Source: Leucoraja ocellata
Taxonomy: Eukaryota
Assembly (NCBI GenBank): GCA_036785375.1
Contig: JAWMAR010000028.1
Coordinates: 6,634,001-6,698,000 of the forward strand
DNA: 64,000 bases
Reading direction: 5' to 3'
Shown: one piece after another, positions 1-12,396 of the stretch
Numbering within the stretch: position 1 is the first letter of the stretch
How the letters are laid out: every line of letters begins with the position of its first letter
Made by a program: the position numbers and the translations under genes
The notes under the pieces: model-generated
Databases searched by the model: none
What the model was told of the DNA's origin: nothing
Seen by the model: only the letters and a program-made list of their open reading frames with translations

Positions 1-222
1 CCAGTTTTATCCTACACGCTTAGGGCAATTTACAGAAGCCAATTAACCTACAAACTTATACGTCTTTAGAGCGTGGAAGGAAACCGGAGCACCCGGAGAA
101 AACCCACGTGGTCACAGGGAGAATGTACAAATTCCGTACAGACAGCACCTGTAGCCAGGATCGAATCCAGGTCTCTGGCGCTGTAAGGCCGCAACTCTAC
201 CGCTGTGCCACCGTGCCGCCCC
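1..222 (-). mobile_element. tRNA-derived V-SINE (HE1-like)
   Basis: Pol III A box TGGCACAGCGG and B box GATTCGATCC, followed by the shared central domain. Confidence 0.85.
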
Positions 223-244
223 AAATTGTGGTTGCCCCATGACT

Positions 245-745
245 AGGAAATATGAGGAAGCTTTGGACCGGGTGCAGAAGAGGTTTACTAGATTACTGCC
301 TGGATTCAATGGTATTAGCTATAGGGTTGGTCAAACGTGGATTGTTTTCTCTGGAACGTCGGAGGCTGAAGGGAGACCTGATTGAATTATATAAAATTAC
401 GTGAGGCATAGAGAGGGTAGGCAGTCAGAACCTTTTTCTCCCAGGGTGAAAATGTCAAAAACTAGTGGGTGGCTTTAAAGGTAGCAAAGTTTGAAGGAGA
501 GAAGGGGAGGAAATTTTGTTTAAATAGAGAGGTGCCTAGGGTGCCTGGAATATACTGCCATGGATGGTGGTGGAGGCAAATACAACAGTGATGTTTATGA
601 GGCTTTAGGTAAAGCACATGGACATGCAGGAATGGAGGAATATGGATCACATGCAGGCAAAGGGGATTATTTTAACTTGGAATCATATTCGGCATAGACA
701 TTGTGGGCCCAAGGGCCTGCTCTTGTGCTGCTCTGCATTCTGTCA
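245..745 (+). mobile_element. CR1 LINE 3' fragment
   Basis: Decayed LDRVQKRFTRLLPG...LFSLERRRLKGDLIELYKI ORF2 C-terminus. Confidence 0.8.
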
Positions 746-890
746 ATCAATTAGAAAACTCAGCATGAATACACATTTCAATGTAAGCATTAATGCAGGA
801 TAGTTACAGATATAACCTATAATGAGGGCAGTGGAAAAATGGGTGGCCTAGTGTTGATGGGTAATACTCAGTAAAAGCTCGGACCAGAAC

Positions 891-1165
891 AGGTGGAGCA
901 GCGGTAGAGTTGCTGCCTTACAGCGCCGGAGACCCGGTTTTGATCCTGGCTACTGGGTGCTCTCTGTACGGAGTTTGTAGGTTCTACTTGTGACCACGTG
1001 GGTTTTTTCCCAGGTGCTCCGTTTCCTCCCACGCTCCAAAGACTGAGGGTTAATTGGATTATCTAAATTGTCCCCTGTGTGTGGGATAGAACTGGTGGTC
1101 GACACAGGCTCAGCGGACCGAAGGGCCTGAATCCACGCCGTATCTCTAAGCTAAATTCAACTACA
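891..1165 (+). mobile_element. HE1-like SINE
   Basis: Same family; A/B boxes and CTAAA-like tail. Confidence 0.8.
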
Positions 1166-1779
1166 CAGAAGTTATATAAAAAGTTAAAATTGCATAATGG
1201 AAAAAGGCAGAGACCATAGGAGCAGAATTAGGCCATTTGGACCATCAAGTCTGCTTTGCCATTCGATCATGGCTGATCTATCTCCTCCTCTCAACCCCAT
1301 TCTCCTGCCTTCTCCCTGTAACCTTTGACGCCCTTTTGTAATCTAGAACCTGTCAATCTCCGCTTTAAAAATACCCAATGTCTTGGCCTTCACAAGACAT
1401 GGCCTCTGTGGCAATAAATTCCACAGATTCCTCACCTGGGCTAAACCCAGGACTAAATAAGCAATATGTGGTAAAGAAGTCTATTCCTCAAAACAATGTG
1501 TGCATATTTAACTCTGAGTATAAATGGAAATATAAAGCTCAAAGGCTTCTTATGTGGGGAGGATAGGCAGGAATGTCAACTAAATTAAACACAGGCAGGA
1601 AGATAAAAGGAAAATGGTAAAAGGATGAGTAATAAAATGCCCAACACTCAATGTAGTTTTGATGCGTTAAAAAATGATTGAATTTTTACACTTGCATAAT
1701 ATTGTGTCGTTCAAGGAAGGTGAATGGTTTACTTGTTGAATTGAGTTCTTAAGAATAACCATGTCAAGAGTGTATTTGC

Positions 1780-2450
1780 CAACAAGGGAGTCTGCTGGAT
1801 CTCCCAGTTGCTCAGCATTTTAACTCCCCTTCCCATTCCCACACTGTCCTTTCAGTCCTAGGCCTCCTCCACTGGCAGAGTGAGGCCACACGCAAACTAA
1901 AGGGACAGCACCTTATAATCCGCTCGGGTACCTTTACAACTCAGCTGTGTGAACACTGAGCGTGGGAAGGAACTGCAGATGGTGGTTTATACCGAACACA
2001 GACACAAAATGCTGGAGTAACTCAGTGGGTCAGGCAATATCTCTGAAGAGAAGGAATGGGTGGTGTTTCAGGTCGGGAAAAGGGTGCTGATCTGAAATGT
2101 CGCCTATTCCTTTTCTCCAGAGATGCTGCCTGACCCACTGAGTTACTCCAGCACTTTGTGTCTATCTTCAGTATGAACATTGGATTTTCCAATTTTAAGT
2201 AATATCCTCCTATTCCCCTCCCCTCCTATTTCACTCCTCCTCTTATCCGACTCCCTTTTGTCTCCTTTTCACCTCCAGCCTTTGCCGCGTACTCCACCCA
2301 TCAGCCAAACAACCCCCCTCAACTGTGTCCACCTATCAACACTATAAAATGTCTGAAAAAGGATCCCGGCCCGAAACGTCACCTATTCTGTTTCTCTAGA
2401 GATGCTGCCTGACCTGCCGAGTTCTTTCAGCACTTTGTGTCTATCCACCT
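1780..2450 (+). mobile_element. Penelope-like element 3' remnant (GIY-YIG C-terminus plus pseudo-LTR) with a nested fold-back copy at about 1960-2170
   Basis: LPVAQHFNSPSHSHTVLSVLGLLHWQSEATRKLKGQHLII, followed by a pyrimidine tract and a degenerate hammerhead box near 2352. Confidence 0.75.
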
Positions 2451-2454
2451 ATCA

Positions 2455-3310
2455 CTTCAAAGGTATCAAAGGTATTTTATTGGTCACATTCACATACACC
2501 GAGGTGTAATGAAGTGAAATACTTTTTGCCATTTTGCAGCACACAAAAAAAGAATACAGACATAACACCAATGAGAGTCTTAAACACAAAGAACATCCCC
2601 CCACAATGGCTCCCACCATGAGGGAAGGCACAAAGTCCAGTCCCCAACCCCAGTTCACCCATAGTCGGGCCCATTGAGGCCTCCACAGTTGCCTCTACGG
2701 AGGCCCGATGTTCCTGGCCGTTCTCGCCGGATGGTGGTGCTCCGGCGTCGGGAAAGTCCTCCCAGCTGCTTGGGATCCCTGGAATGGCCGCTTCCGTACT
2801 GGAGGCCGCGGCTTCCGAAGCCGACAAGGCCGCGCCGGTTGGAGCTCCACAACTGGCGATCTCATCTAGAGATCCCAGGCTCCCGGTGTAAAGTTTGGCG
2901 CCACCGCCCGCACTGCAGTCCCGCAGCTCCACGATGTTTTACCCGGTGGTCTCAGCTCACCGGAGCTCCAGCGCGGCGACCCGGGCAAGGCATCGCCTGC
3001 TCCACGATAGCGCTCCAGCGCTGTGCCGCCGCCGAAGCCGAGGTTCTGGGCGGTCCGCGACAGGAAACGCCGCTCCAGGCCTGCTGGTAGGCCGCGAGGA
3101 CGGGTCGAAGCTGCAGCCCGGAGAAAAGCTGCCTCTCCGACCAGGTAGGGACCCTGAAAGGTAGTTTCCCCCTCCCCCCCCCCCCACCCCCACACACAAA
3201 AAAGTCTAGACCTCCAAACAAAACACTTTAACTAACGAAAAATAAAAATAAAATGGTGAAAAGACAGACAACTGCTGGCAGGGCAGCCGTGCACAGGACA
3301 GCGCCCCATG
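2455..3310 (-). mobile_element. Non-autonomous GC-rich retroelement with a LINE-like 3' tail
   Basis: Minus strand ends ...GTGACCAATAAAATACCTTTGATACCTTT; non-coding GC-rich body; 5' end resembles those at 22280 and near 53820-53885. Confidence 0.55.
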
Positions 3311-5236
3311 ATAGTCACTTGCCATGATAGTCAGTCACTTGACTGGCTTTATCCCAACCCCATCGTTCTTTTCCAGCATTCTCCCCCCCGCCCGTCCCCT
3401 TTACTGCAATCAGTCAGATGAAGGCCCCCAAACTAAAACATCACCTGTCCAATCCCGCTACATCCGCTGAGTTACTCCAGCACTTTGCGTTTTGAACCAA
3501 AACAACATCTTTTCCACGGTCCTTCCGAAGTCCTCACAAACTCATGAATTGGAAATAGAATGGAATCCTCCCTCAGTCTGTCAAAAGGGCAATTGTGTGA
3601 CTGCCGGCCATGTCTCATAAACAGAGCAGTTACATTTCTGTGGTAACTGGGCCTGTGTAATATTTTGTGGCTTGGTGTGAATTTGTGCCAGGTTCTTGAA
3701 AAAAAAACCTGGTGTGACCTGGTGTGCAATTCTCCAAATAAATGACCTCATTAAGCTTTCGGTAAATGCAGAAAAATAAGACACAGCTTTTGACAGGATG
3801 TGGATACCTTGATATCTTAGTTTTACTTCTATAAATTTACATCTTCCAAGTACAAATTTGGGAGCAGTCCTGACCTCCCATCTACCTCATTGGAGACCCT
3901 TGGACTATGTTTAACCTGACTTTACTGGACTTTATCTTGCACTAAATGTTATTCCCTTTATCCTGTATCTGTACACTGTGGACGGTTTGATCGTAATCAT
4001 GTATAGTCTTTCTGCTGACTGGACAGCACGCAACAAAAAGCTTTTATTGGACCTTGGTACACATGACAATAATAAACTAAACTATACTAAACTAAACAAG
4101 CGGTAACTGCTCGTCCACTTCCAAAATCTTTAATTGTCGTCAATTCATAAAAGCTCATGTGATTAATAAGAACCACAGAAATAAAATATTGGCTAAATAA
4201 GAACTTATTGGCTCAATATCTGCTGACAACATAGAACATAGCACAGGAACAGGATGCCTAGTTAAACTAATCTCCTCTGCCGGCACGTGATCCATGTCCA
4301 TATCCATGAGCCTACCTGAAACCACTATCATATCTGCCTCCACAACCATCCCTGGTAGAGTGTCCCAGGCCCCCACCATCCTGTGTAAAAAAACTGCCCC
4401 AACATCACCCTTAAACCTTGCCCCTCTCACCTCAAAGCAATGCCATCCAGTCCTTAAAGAAGCGTAAAGATGACTTTACATCCCTTTGCTTTCCAGCCAC
4501 AGGAATTGAACGAATATTTTTAATGAGCTTCAAATGTGGTCTTTAAAGAACATTAGGCCTTTGTCACATTTTCAGCAGTTTCATTTAAAATCCCAGCCAC
4601 AGGGTTGAACGTGAAACTGCCAACGACCTATCCAATCTAATTGTTTGCAGATTACCATACGTGAGCCTTGCATGCAAAACGATATCCCGAGACGTAAAAG
4701 CGTGAAAGATCGGAGCAGCATTGTAATTGACGTGGAAATGCATTGTTGGAGGAGCTGCCTTTAGCGTGAGGATTTACACCAAGGGTCTGTCTACCTGTTC
4801 ATACAGGTCCATGGAAAATAATTCTATAATATCATGACAAACAAAACATACTTCTAAGTCCACAAAGTGCCGGAGTAACACAGCAGATCTGGCAACATCT
4901 CTGGAGAACAAGGATAGGTCACGTTTTGGGTTGAGACCCTTCTTCAGTCTTCAGACTTCATTAGTCTGAAGAAAAATCTTCAATCGAAACATCACCTATC
5001 TGTATTCTCCAGGGTCTGACCTGCTGAGTTGGACGATAGACAATAGGTGCAGGAGTAGGCTATTCGGCCCTTCGAGCCAGCACCGCCATTCAATGTGATG
5101 TTAATCCAGCACTTTGTGTCTTTTTGTGTAGTAATCAGCATCTGCAGTTCTTTGTTCCTTCTCAATCCACTTGGGTTGGCCTGCAGCCAACAGTGTGAAC
5201 TTTGAATGCTCCAATTTTAAGTAATACCTTTTTAGC

Positions 5237-5450
5237 TTTGTTTAGTTTAGTTTAGAGATACTTCGGCCCACTGAGCAGTGATCCCCGTACACCAACACTA
5301 TCCTACAGTGCGGAAACGAATATCTCGGAGAAACCCAAGGAGGTCACGGGGAGAACGTACAAACTCCGTTCAGGCAGCACCCATAGTCGGGATCGAACCC
5401 GGGTCTCCGGCACTGTAAGGCAGCAACTCTAACGCTGTGCCACCGTGCCA
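5237..5450 (-). mobile_element. HE1-like SINE, internally deleted
   Basis: (CTAAA)n tail and A/B boxes. Confidence 0.8.
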
Positions 5451-6585
5451 CCTCGCTTCTCTTTTCTCTCTCCCCTCGTATTTCTCCCACCACCCCATCA
5501 CCATACTCCTTTCCACTCCTCCTTAGTCATCTGTCACCTCTCCCATCTCAGAGTCCCCCATTTCCCTTCCATCCCCCTTCCACCCATATCCCTCCCTCGG
5601 GCTTTACACCACTCATTTTCTTTCCTCCATTTTCTTACAATGTCACTGTGTAGTTGTACATAAAGCAGCATTGAACCATTGGATACATTTACCTCTGTTA
5701 TTAGTTGGACACCAACAAAGGCCATGTTGTAAAAGTGATTTGTTATCAGTAAAATGGTGTCAGAGGTTATGGGGAGAAGGCACATATAGGATTGAGAGGG
5801 AAAGAAAGATCAGCCATGAATGAATGGCAGAGTAGACTAGATGGGCTGAATGGCCTAATTATTTGAACTTAAGAAATTATAAAATTGAAGAATGGATACT
5901 TACAGTACAAGGCATGGATCATTCATCTCTTCAAAACGACCAAGGATCTGTGGTAGAAACTCATGTTCTGCCCCAGAGCTTTGCTGGAAATTGCGCATCT
6001 AGAGTTCTTCCAGGTTCCCCTTTACTTTCATATCTCTAAAATCCTTTCAAGCATCAAGTTCCAACATCCCTACCACAGTCTGTTTTCTTTTCCTTTCTTT
6101 CCTCTAATTCTTCTACCAATTACATTTTAATTTACATTTGAATTCCCTGGATGCCTCTTATTTGGTCAACTGAAATATGATTCTTCGAATTAGATCCTTC
6201 CTGTTTCCTTTGCAGAAACGTATCATATCTTTGTAGATCTCAATTACATTTCCTGTCTGTAGCCTTTGTTTCAGCGAGAGCAAGCACAGCCAAGTAAAAA
6301 CTCCACCTCATAACTAAAGTATTTCAGTCCAAGTAACATCCTTGTAAATCTGCTATGTTTCTCGCAAGTATTATCACAAACCGTCTTGTCGTATGATGAC
6401 CAAATGTTCACACAGCACTCTAAACATGCCCATTCCACAGTTCCATTTCTGTGCTCAAGACATCAACCAATAAAGACAACTATCTTTAGTGGAAACAAAG
6501 AACTGCAGACGCTGGTTAATGCACAAAAGGACACAAAGTGCTGGAGTGACTGGAGGGTGGCACAGTGGTAGAGTTGCTGCCTTAT

Positions 6586-7040
6586 GGGCCCACTTTGGCG
6601 ATTTTTCAGACAATTGCCGGCGACTGTCAGAGAGAGAGAGAGAGAGAGAGACACACACACGCACACGCACACACACACACTGGAGCGCTGTATGAGTGAA
6701 ATTCCCACGGTGCAAAGCCGATGTAATACAGGCACACACCGCGATGAACAGGAAGGTTGGCGCTGTAGTTAAGATGGCTAAAGCTCAGTGTACAGTAAGT
6801 CCTTTAAAAGAGGGGTGGAGAGGGAGGGGAAGGAGTGGAGACAACCTTTAAGAAGCCAGAGATACACAGCGGACATTAACATTACCGGTCGGTTATGCTT
6901 GGTTCTGAAAACTACTGCTTATGTTTATTTTTCCCAATGAGCCAATGAAATTCACTGATCAGCACCGGCTACAACCTACAAGAACCTACGACAACCTTCG
7001 ACCTCCTGGCAACCCACCTGGACCTCCTGGCGACCCACCT
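6586..7040 (+). mobile_element. PIF/Harbinger-like non-autonomous element fragment inserted in a SINE; contains (GA)n(CA)n
   Basis: Homologous in reverse orientation to 56530-56958; interrupts a SINE head between 6585 and 7040. Confidence 0.6.
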
Positions 7041-7700
7041 ACAACGCCAGAGACTCGGGTTCGATCCTGACTTCGGGTGCAGTCTGCACGTAATTTGTAC
7101 TTTCTCCTGTGTGGGTTTTCCCCAGGTGCTCCAGTTTCCTCCCAGACTCCAAACTTGTAAAATTGTCTCTCGCGTGTGTAGGATAGTGTTAGTGCGTTGG
7201 GATGGCTGGTCGGTGGGGACTCGGTGAGCCGAAGGGCCTGTTTCTGTATTGTATCTCAAAACTAAACTAAAAACTCAGCAGGTCAGGCAGCATCTCTGGA
7301 GAAAATGGAGAGGTGATGTTTCGGGTCAGGACTCTACAATCAGTCTAATGAAGGGTCTTGACCCGAAATATCATCTATCCATGTTCGCCAGAGATAATGC
7401 TTGACCTGCCGAGTTACTCCAGCACTTCGTGACCTTGAGAAAGCTCTCTCTTTTTTGTCTTCTGAACAACCTTATCTACCTCCTTGAGTGTAGGAAGGAA
7501 CTGCAGATGCTGGTTTACACCAAGGGTACCACAAATATATTTTATGTAGGTATTATCTTCTTTTCACTTAGTGTGGCTGTATGGTAACTCAAATTTCACT
7601 GTACCTTAGTTGGTTAAATGACAATTAATACAACTTGAACTTGAGACATAGAGGCAGAATTTGGCCACCAAACACACAAAATGCTGGAGGTTTGAGTTGA

Positions 7701-7735
7701 GACTGAAGAAGGGTCTCGACCCGAAACGTCACATA
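7701..7735 (+). ncRNA. Putative minimal hammerhead core in a Penelope-derived repeat
   Basis: CUGAAGA A GGGUCUCGACCC GAAAC GUC; core intact, stem I weak in this copy. Confidence 0.5.
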
Positions 7736-8036
7736 TTCCTTTTCTCTAGAGATGCTGCCTGACCTGCTGAGTTACTCCAGCATTTTGTGTCTATCTACCT
7801 CCCTACTGTCTTCGGGGATCTCGGGATGCCCTTTTCCAGATCCCTCTATTCTCCAGCTCTTTTCAGTATATCTGACAATTTGGTGTACATTCCTTTGTAT
7901 CAATTGACCTCCCCAAATGTATCACCTCCTATTGAGCTCCACTTGCCACACACGCGCCCTCGCAACCAGTACATTGATACTTTCTTCCACCAGGAAACAT
8001 TCCTAGTAGTGACCACACTGCCACGTTGGGCCATGG

Positions 8037-8350
8037 AGTTCAGTTTAGTTTAGCGATAGAGCATGGAAACTTCAGCCCACCGAGTCGACCATCGATCACC
8101 TCTTCACACTAGTTCTATGTTATCCGACTTTCTCATCCAATCCTGACACACTAGTTACAGAGGGACAAATAACGTACAAACCCTCACGCCTTTGGGATGT
8201 GGGAGTAAAACCGGAGCACCCGGAGGAAACCCACGCGACCACAAGGAGAACGAGCAAACTCCATGCAGACAGCACTGGACAGAGGCCAGGATCGAACCTG
8301 GGGCCTCTGGCACTCTGAGGTAGTGGCACCACCAACTGTGGCACTGTGCT
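8037..8350 (-). mobile_element. HE1-like SINE
   Basis: Family homology. Confidence 0.8.
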
Positions 8351-8818
8351 GATTTGACGAGGTGCTAAAATAAATGCAGGTTCTTTCCCACCCATTGTTA
8401 ATAGGATGAAGAGAAAGTTAGCTTGGCTCCGGGTCAGATGCCGTTTCACCTGTCTAACCTCGTCATCCGACAATGAAATGAGGTGGACAATGTCCATTTG
8501 TTAAAATGAGCAAGATACATGCCTCAACACATAACTTCTCGCCTTCTGCTGAGTTTCTAGTCTCTGACGCACTTCGGAAAACTGGCATTTAGAGGAATGT
8601 GGCGGAAAGTCTCTAGGTTTCCACCTCGTCCAGTTTCACACACTTAAAAACACAAAGCTAAATGTCTTAACGACATATGTAATACACACAACAGCATGCA
8701 GTTGTTTACCACTGAAGTGAATTGATTGGAAATTTGTAAGCACTGTTTAAGAAAGTAACTTTATTCAAAGCTTTCAAGAACATCCCAAAGTACTTCTCAA
8801 AGCACACCACAAAGTAAA

Positions 8819-9124
8819 GGCAGCACAGTGATGCAGCGGCAGAGTTGCTGCCTTATAGCGCCAGGGACCCGGGTTTGATCCTGACTAAGGGTGTTTGTCT
8901 GTACGGAGTTTGCACGCTCTCCCCGTGACCTGCGTGGGTTTTCTCCGAGATCTTCGGTTTCCTCCCACACTCCAACTGTAGGTTAATTGGCTTGTTGTAA
9001 ATGTAAAATTGTCCCTAGTGTGTGTAGGGTAGCGTTCATGTGAGGGGATCGCTGGTGGATGCGGACTCAGTGGACCAAACGGCCTGTTTCTGCACTGTAT
9101 CTCTAAACCAAATTCAACTAAACT
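8819..9124 (+). mobile_element. HE1-like SINE
   Basis: Family homology, full length. Confidence 0.85.
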
Positions 9125-9574
9125 ATGTAATCCAGCAATTAATAGCTTCAATCCATGACTTCATCTTTTAGAACGCATCCTGGTCAAATAATATGAAAGT
9201 TGTTGCTTAATTATTGAATTAAAAGCGCCATAAAATACATTGTTTCCCATAAAGACGTCCGCATAATCAGGCTTAGTTTAAAGCGCTCTTTTTTTTAAAT
9301 GAAGCCATGTGAAGTTCATTTCCAAAAGTACAAACTGTGAAATTGGTGTTTGAGTAACATATTGAATTGTTGATTATTTTAAGATCTTTACGTGAATGAC
9401 ATTCTATTCACCTTTTAACACACTGTAAAAACTTCACTTGTGAAAATGAGAAGGTTGATGATGATAATTAAAAATTATAAGAATGGCATAAAGTTTTTGA
9501 CAAAATACGGCAATTAGTTGCAGTTTTCATCTTATTTTTAAACTTAAAAACTAGCATTTGCAAAGCAAGTTAGA

Positions 9575-10540
9575 CGAAAGCACAGGAAGAGGCCCTTCAG
9601 CCCATAGTGTCCATGCTGGACATGATGCCAAATTAAACTAGTCTCCTTTGTATCCATATCCCCCTATTCCCTGCATATCCATGTGCTTATCTAAAAGTCT
9701 CTTAAATGCCACTATTGTATCCTATTTCACTCCTGACAGCACATTCCAGGCACCCACCACCCACTATGTAAACAATTTGCCAGTACATCTCCTTTACACT
9801 TTTCCCCTCTCATCTTAAAGCTACGCACTCTAATCTTTGACACTTTAACCCTGCAAGAAAGGTTCTGACTGTCCACCCTATCTATGCCTCTGATAATTTA
9901 ATATACCTATTAGGTCTCCCCTTAGGCTCCGACGTTCCAGAGAAAACAATTTAAGTTTGTCCAACCTCGCCTAGTAACATAGAAAATAGGTGCAGGAGGC
10001 CATTCGGCCCTTCGAGCCAGCACCGCCACTCATTGTGATCATGGCTGATCGTCCCCTCTCAATAACCAGTGCCTGCCTTCTCCCCATATCCCTCGCCTCC
10101 ACTAGCCCCTAGAGCTCTATCTAACTCTCTCTTAAACCCATCCAATAATTTGGCCTCCACTTGACTCTGTGGCAGGGAATTCCACAAATTCACAACTCTC
10201 TGGGTGAAAAAGTTTTTTTCTCACCTCCGTCTTAAATGACCTCCCCTTTATTCTACGACTGTGGCCTTGTAGCTAATGCCCTCCAATCTAGGCAGTGTTC
10301 TGGTAACCCCCTTCTGCACCATCTCTAAAGCTTCCTGCAATAGGGTGACCAGAACTGCATGCAATGCTCCAAATGTGGCCTGAGCAAAGTCCTATAAAGC
10401 TGCATCATGACGTCCTGAATCGTATACTCCATGTCCTGACTGATGAAGGCAAGCGTACCATACATATTTTTACCGCTCTGTCTAGTTGTGTAGCCACTTC
10501 TAGTGAGCAATGGACTTGGACCCTAAGATCCCTCACCCTC
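9575..10540 (-). mobile_element. CR1 LINE fragment with a younger CR1 3' end nested at about 9977-10267
   Basis: MQLYRTLLRPHLEHCMQFWSPY motif and CR1 3'UTR. Confidence 0.8.
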
Positions 10541-10749
10541 TCTACAGGATCTTACAATCGTTATATTATAGTCTCATCTTCTCTCTCCTGAAACTCCTCA
10601 TCCAATTTCCTCCAGACGCCACACCATTGTTTTCTCTCTGCACCGAAACAACAAACTTTCTACGGTTCAGTTAATACTTTCTCTGCCGTCCAAAATCAAG
10701 ATATGGCAATAATAATCAACTCCAATTTGAAAAATGTGATAAAGAAAGT

Positions 10750-10948
10750 AGGACACAGAGTGCTGGAGTAACTCAGCGGGACAGGCAGCATCGCTGGAGA
10801 ATACGGACGGGCGATGTTTCAGGTCGATCCCTTCTTCACTCTAAAGAAGGGTCTTTACCCAATATTCTCTAAAGATGCTGCCTGACCTATTGAGTTACGC
10901 CAGCACTTTGTGTCCATTTTTGTAAACCAGCATCTGCAGTTCCTTGTT
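10750..10948. mobile_element. Penelope-derived fold-back element (older copies also near 4860-5155, 7275-7430, 23440-23635, 32135-32460, 46730-46822, 52270-52400, 57205-57520)
   Basis: Shared motif ACACAAAGTGCTGGAGTAACTCAGCGGGTCAGGCAGCATCTCTGGAG and its reverse complement. Confidence 0.75.
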
Positions 10949-10967
10949 TCGACATTAGAATTAAACT

Positions 10968-11260
10968 GGGCGTCATGGTGGCGCAGAGGTGGAGTTGCTG
11001 CCTCACAGCGCCAGAGACCCGGGTTCGATCCTGACTACGGATGCTGCCTGTACCCGTAGGTTTTCTGCTGTTTCGTCGGTTTCCTCCCACACTCCAAAGA
11101 CGTGCAGGTTTGTAGGTTAATTAGCTTTGGTAAATATTGTAAATTGTCCCTAGTATGTACAGGATAGTGCTAGTGTACGGGGATCGCTGGCCAGCATGAA
11201 CTCAGTGGGCCGAAGAACCTAATTCCGTACTGTATCTTTAAACTAAACCGAAACTAAACT
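10968..11260 (+). mobile_element. HE1-like SINE
   Basis: A box, B box GGTTCGATCC, (CTAAA)n tail. Confidence 0.85.
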
Positions 11261-12396
11261 ACAGGTCTTGCTCAAACTCATGCATTAGGCCACTGTGGGA
11301 GACCATGTTGGTCTAGGTCACCAGTAGGGAAACAGAGGGGTTATGTGGAGCCAGTTCCACACAGAATGTTACTCTCCATTGACTAACAGAGAGTACAAGT
11401 TTTTACATCAAATTTGCTAACCACATAACAGAAGATCATTTAGCCTATATTACTAAACACAATTTAGGCCGTTGAGTTTATGTTCTCCATCTGATTAATT
11501 GTTTCAATCACATTCCCCATCAATTCATTTTATACTAAACCAATCTCTCTCATAGATTAATGTCCCGACCCTTCATCAGTCCAACATGGAACGGCACCAA
11601 TCCATGTCTCCATGGATGCTGCTTGACCCGTTGAGTAACTCCAGCACTTTATGCCCATTTTTACAAACTAGTATCTACAGTTCCTTGTGTCTCCCAATTA
11701 TCTCTTACGTTTTGGTCAATTTTTAAACTTCAATTGACAACTTTAAAACAGGGTGTCGGGGGTTGCGGGGGCTGGGGGGGGGGGGGGAAGAGGTGGAGGC
11801 AGGAGAATGGGATTGAGAGGGTGGGATAGATCAGCCATGATAGAATGGCGGAGTAGACTGGATGGGCCGAATGGCCTAATAGTGCTCCTATAACTTATGA
11901 ACATGTATTGCAACAAAGGTGCTTTGCAGACTCACTACGGCAAAGAGCACTCCAGAGTGAGGGACTAGATAATACAATGCTGGCTGATGGAGTGCGAGTT
12001 AGTCTGAAGACGGACATCAAGTTGAAAAGTTTCACACTTTTGTCGGAAAACCAGCACTTGGTTGCAACTCAAGTTGTGCAGCAACTCGGCCTGTCAGCGA
12101 TCAGCTAGTTATGCCTGCCATGCAGACAGCAAAGAAAGTTGTACTTTACCTGAAAATATTTTTTTTTCTTCCACATCACATCAGTTTTAAATATCTATGG
12201 TTCCATGCGACCAGTTTTACATAAACACAAACTTTCTTCGCAATTCACTTTCCGTTACTTTCTGAAGGAGTTGTGCTAGCTAGATGAATCTATCCATATC
12301 TTAAAAAAAGTTATAAACTTTCCCAGACTTCGCCAAGAACCACTGGTGGCCCGCGGCAGAACGGCAACGAAGGATTTACAAGAAGGGATTACATAC

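Noticed and set aside
2477-3221. Cluster of overlapping ORFs on both strands
   Set aside because: GC-rich repeat interior, no recognisable domain, open in several frames at once
10968-11040. tRNA genes at GGTTCGATCC-containing sites
   Set aside because: Each continues into the SINE body and (CTAAA)n tail, so these are SINE heads
1-12396. DDR2 coding exons
   Set aside because: No signal-peptide, discoidin or kinase peptide was found; ORFs here come from repeats or look random
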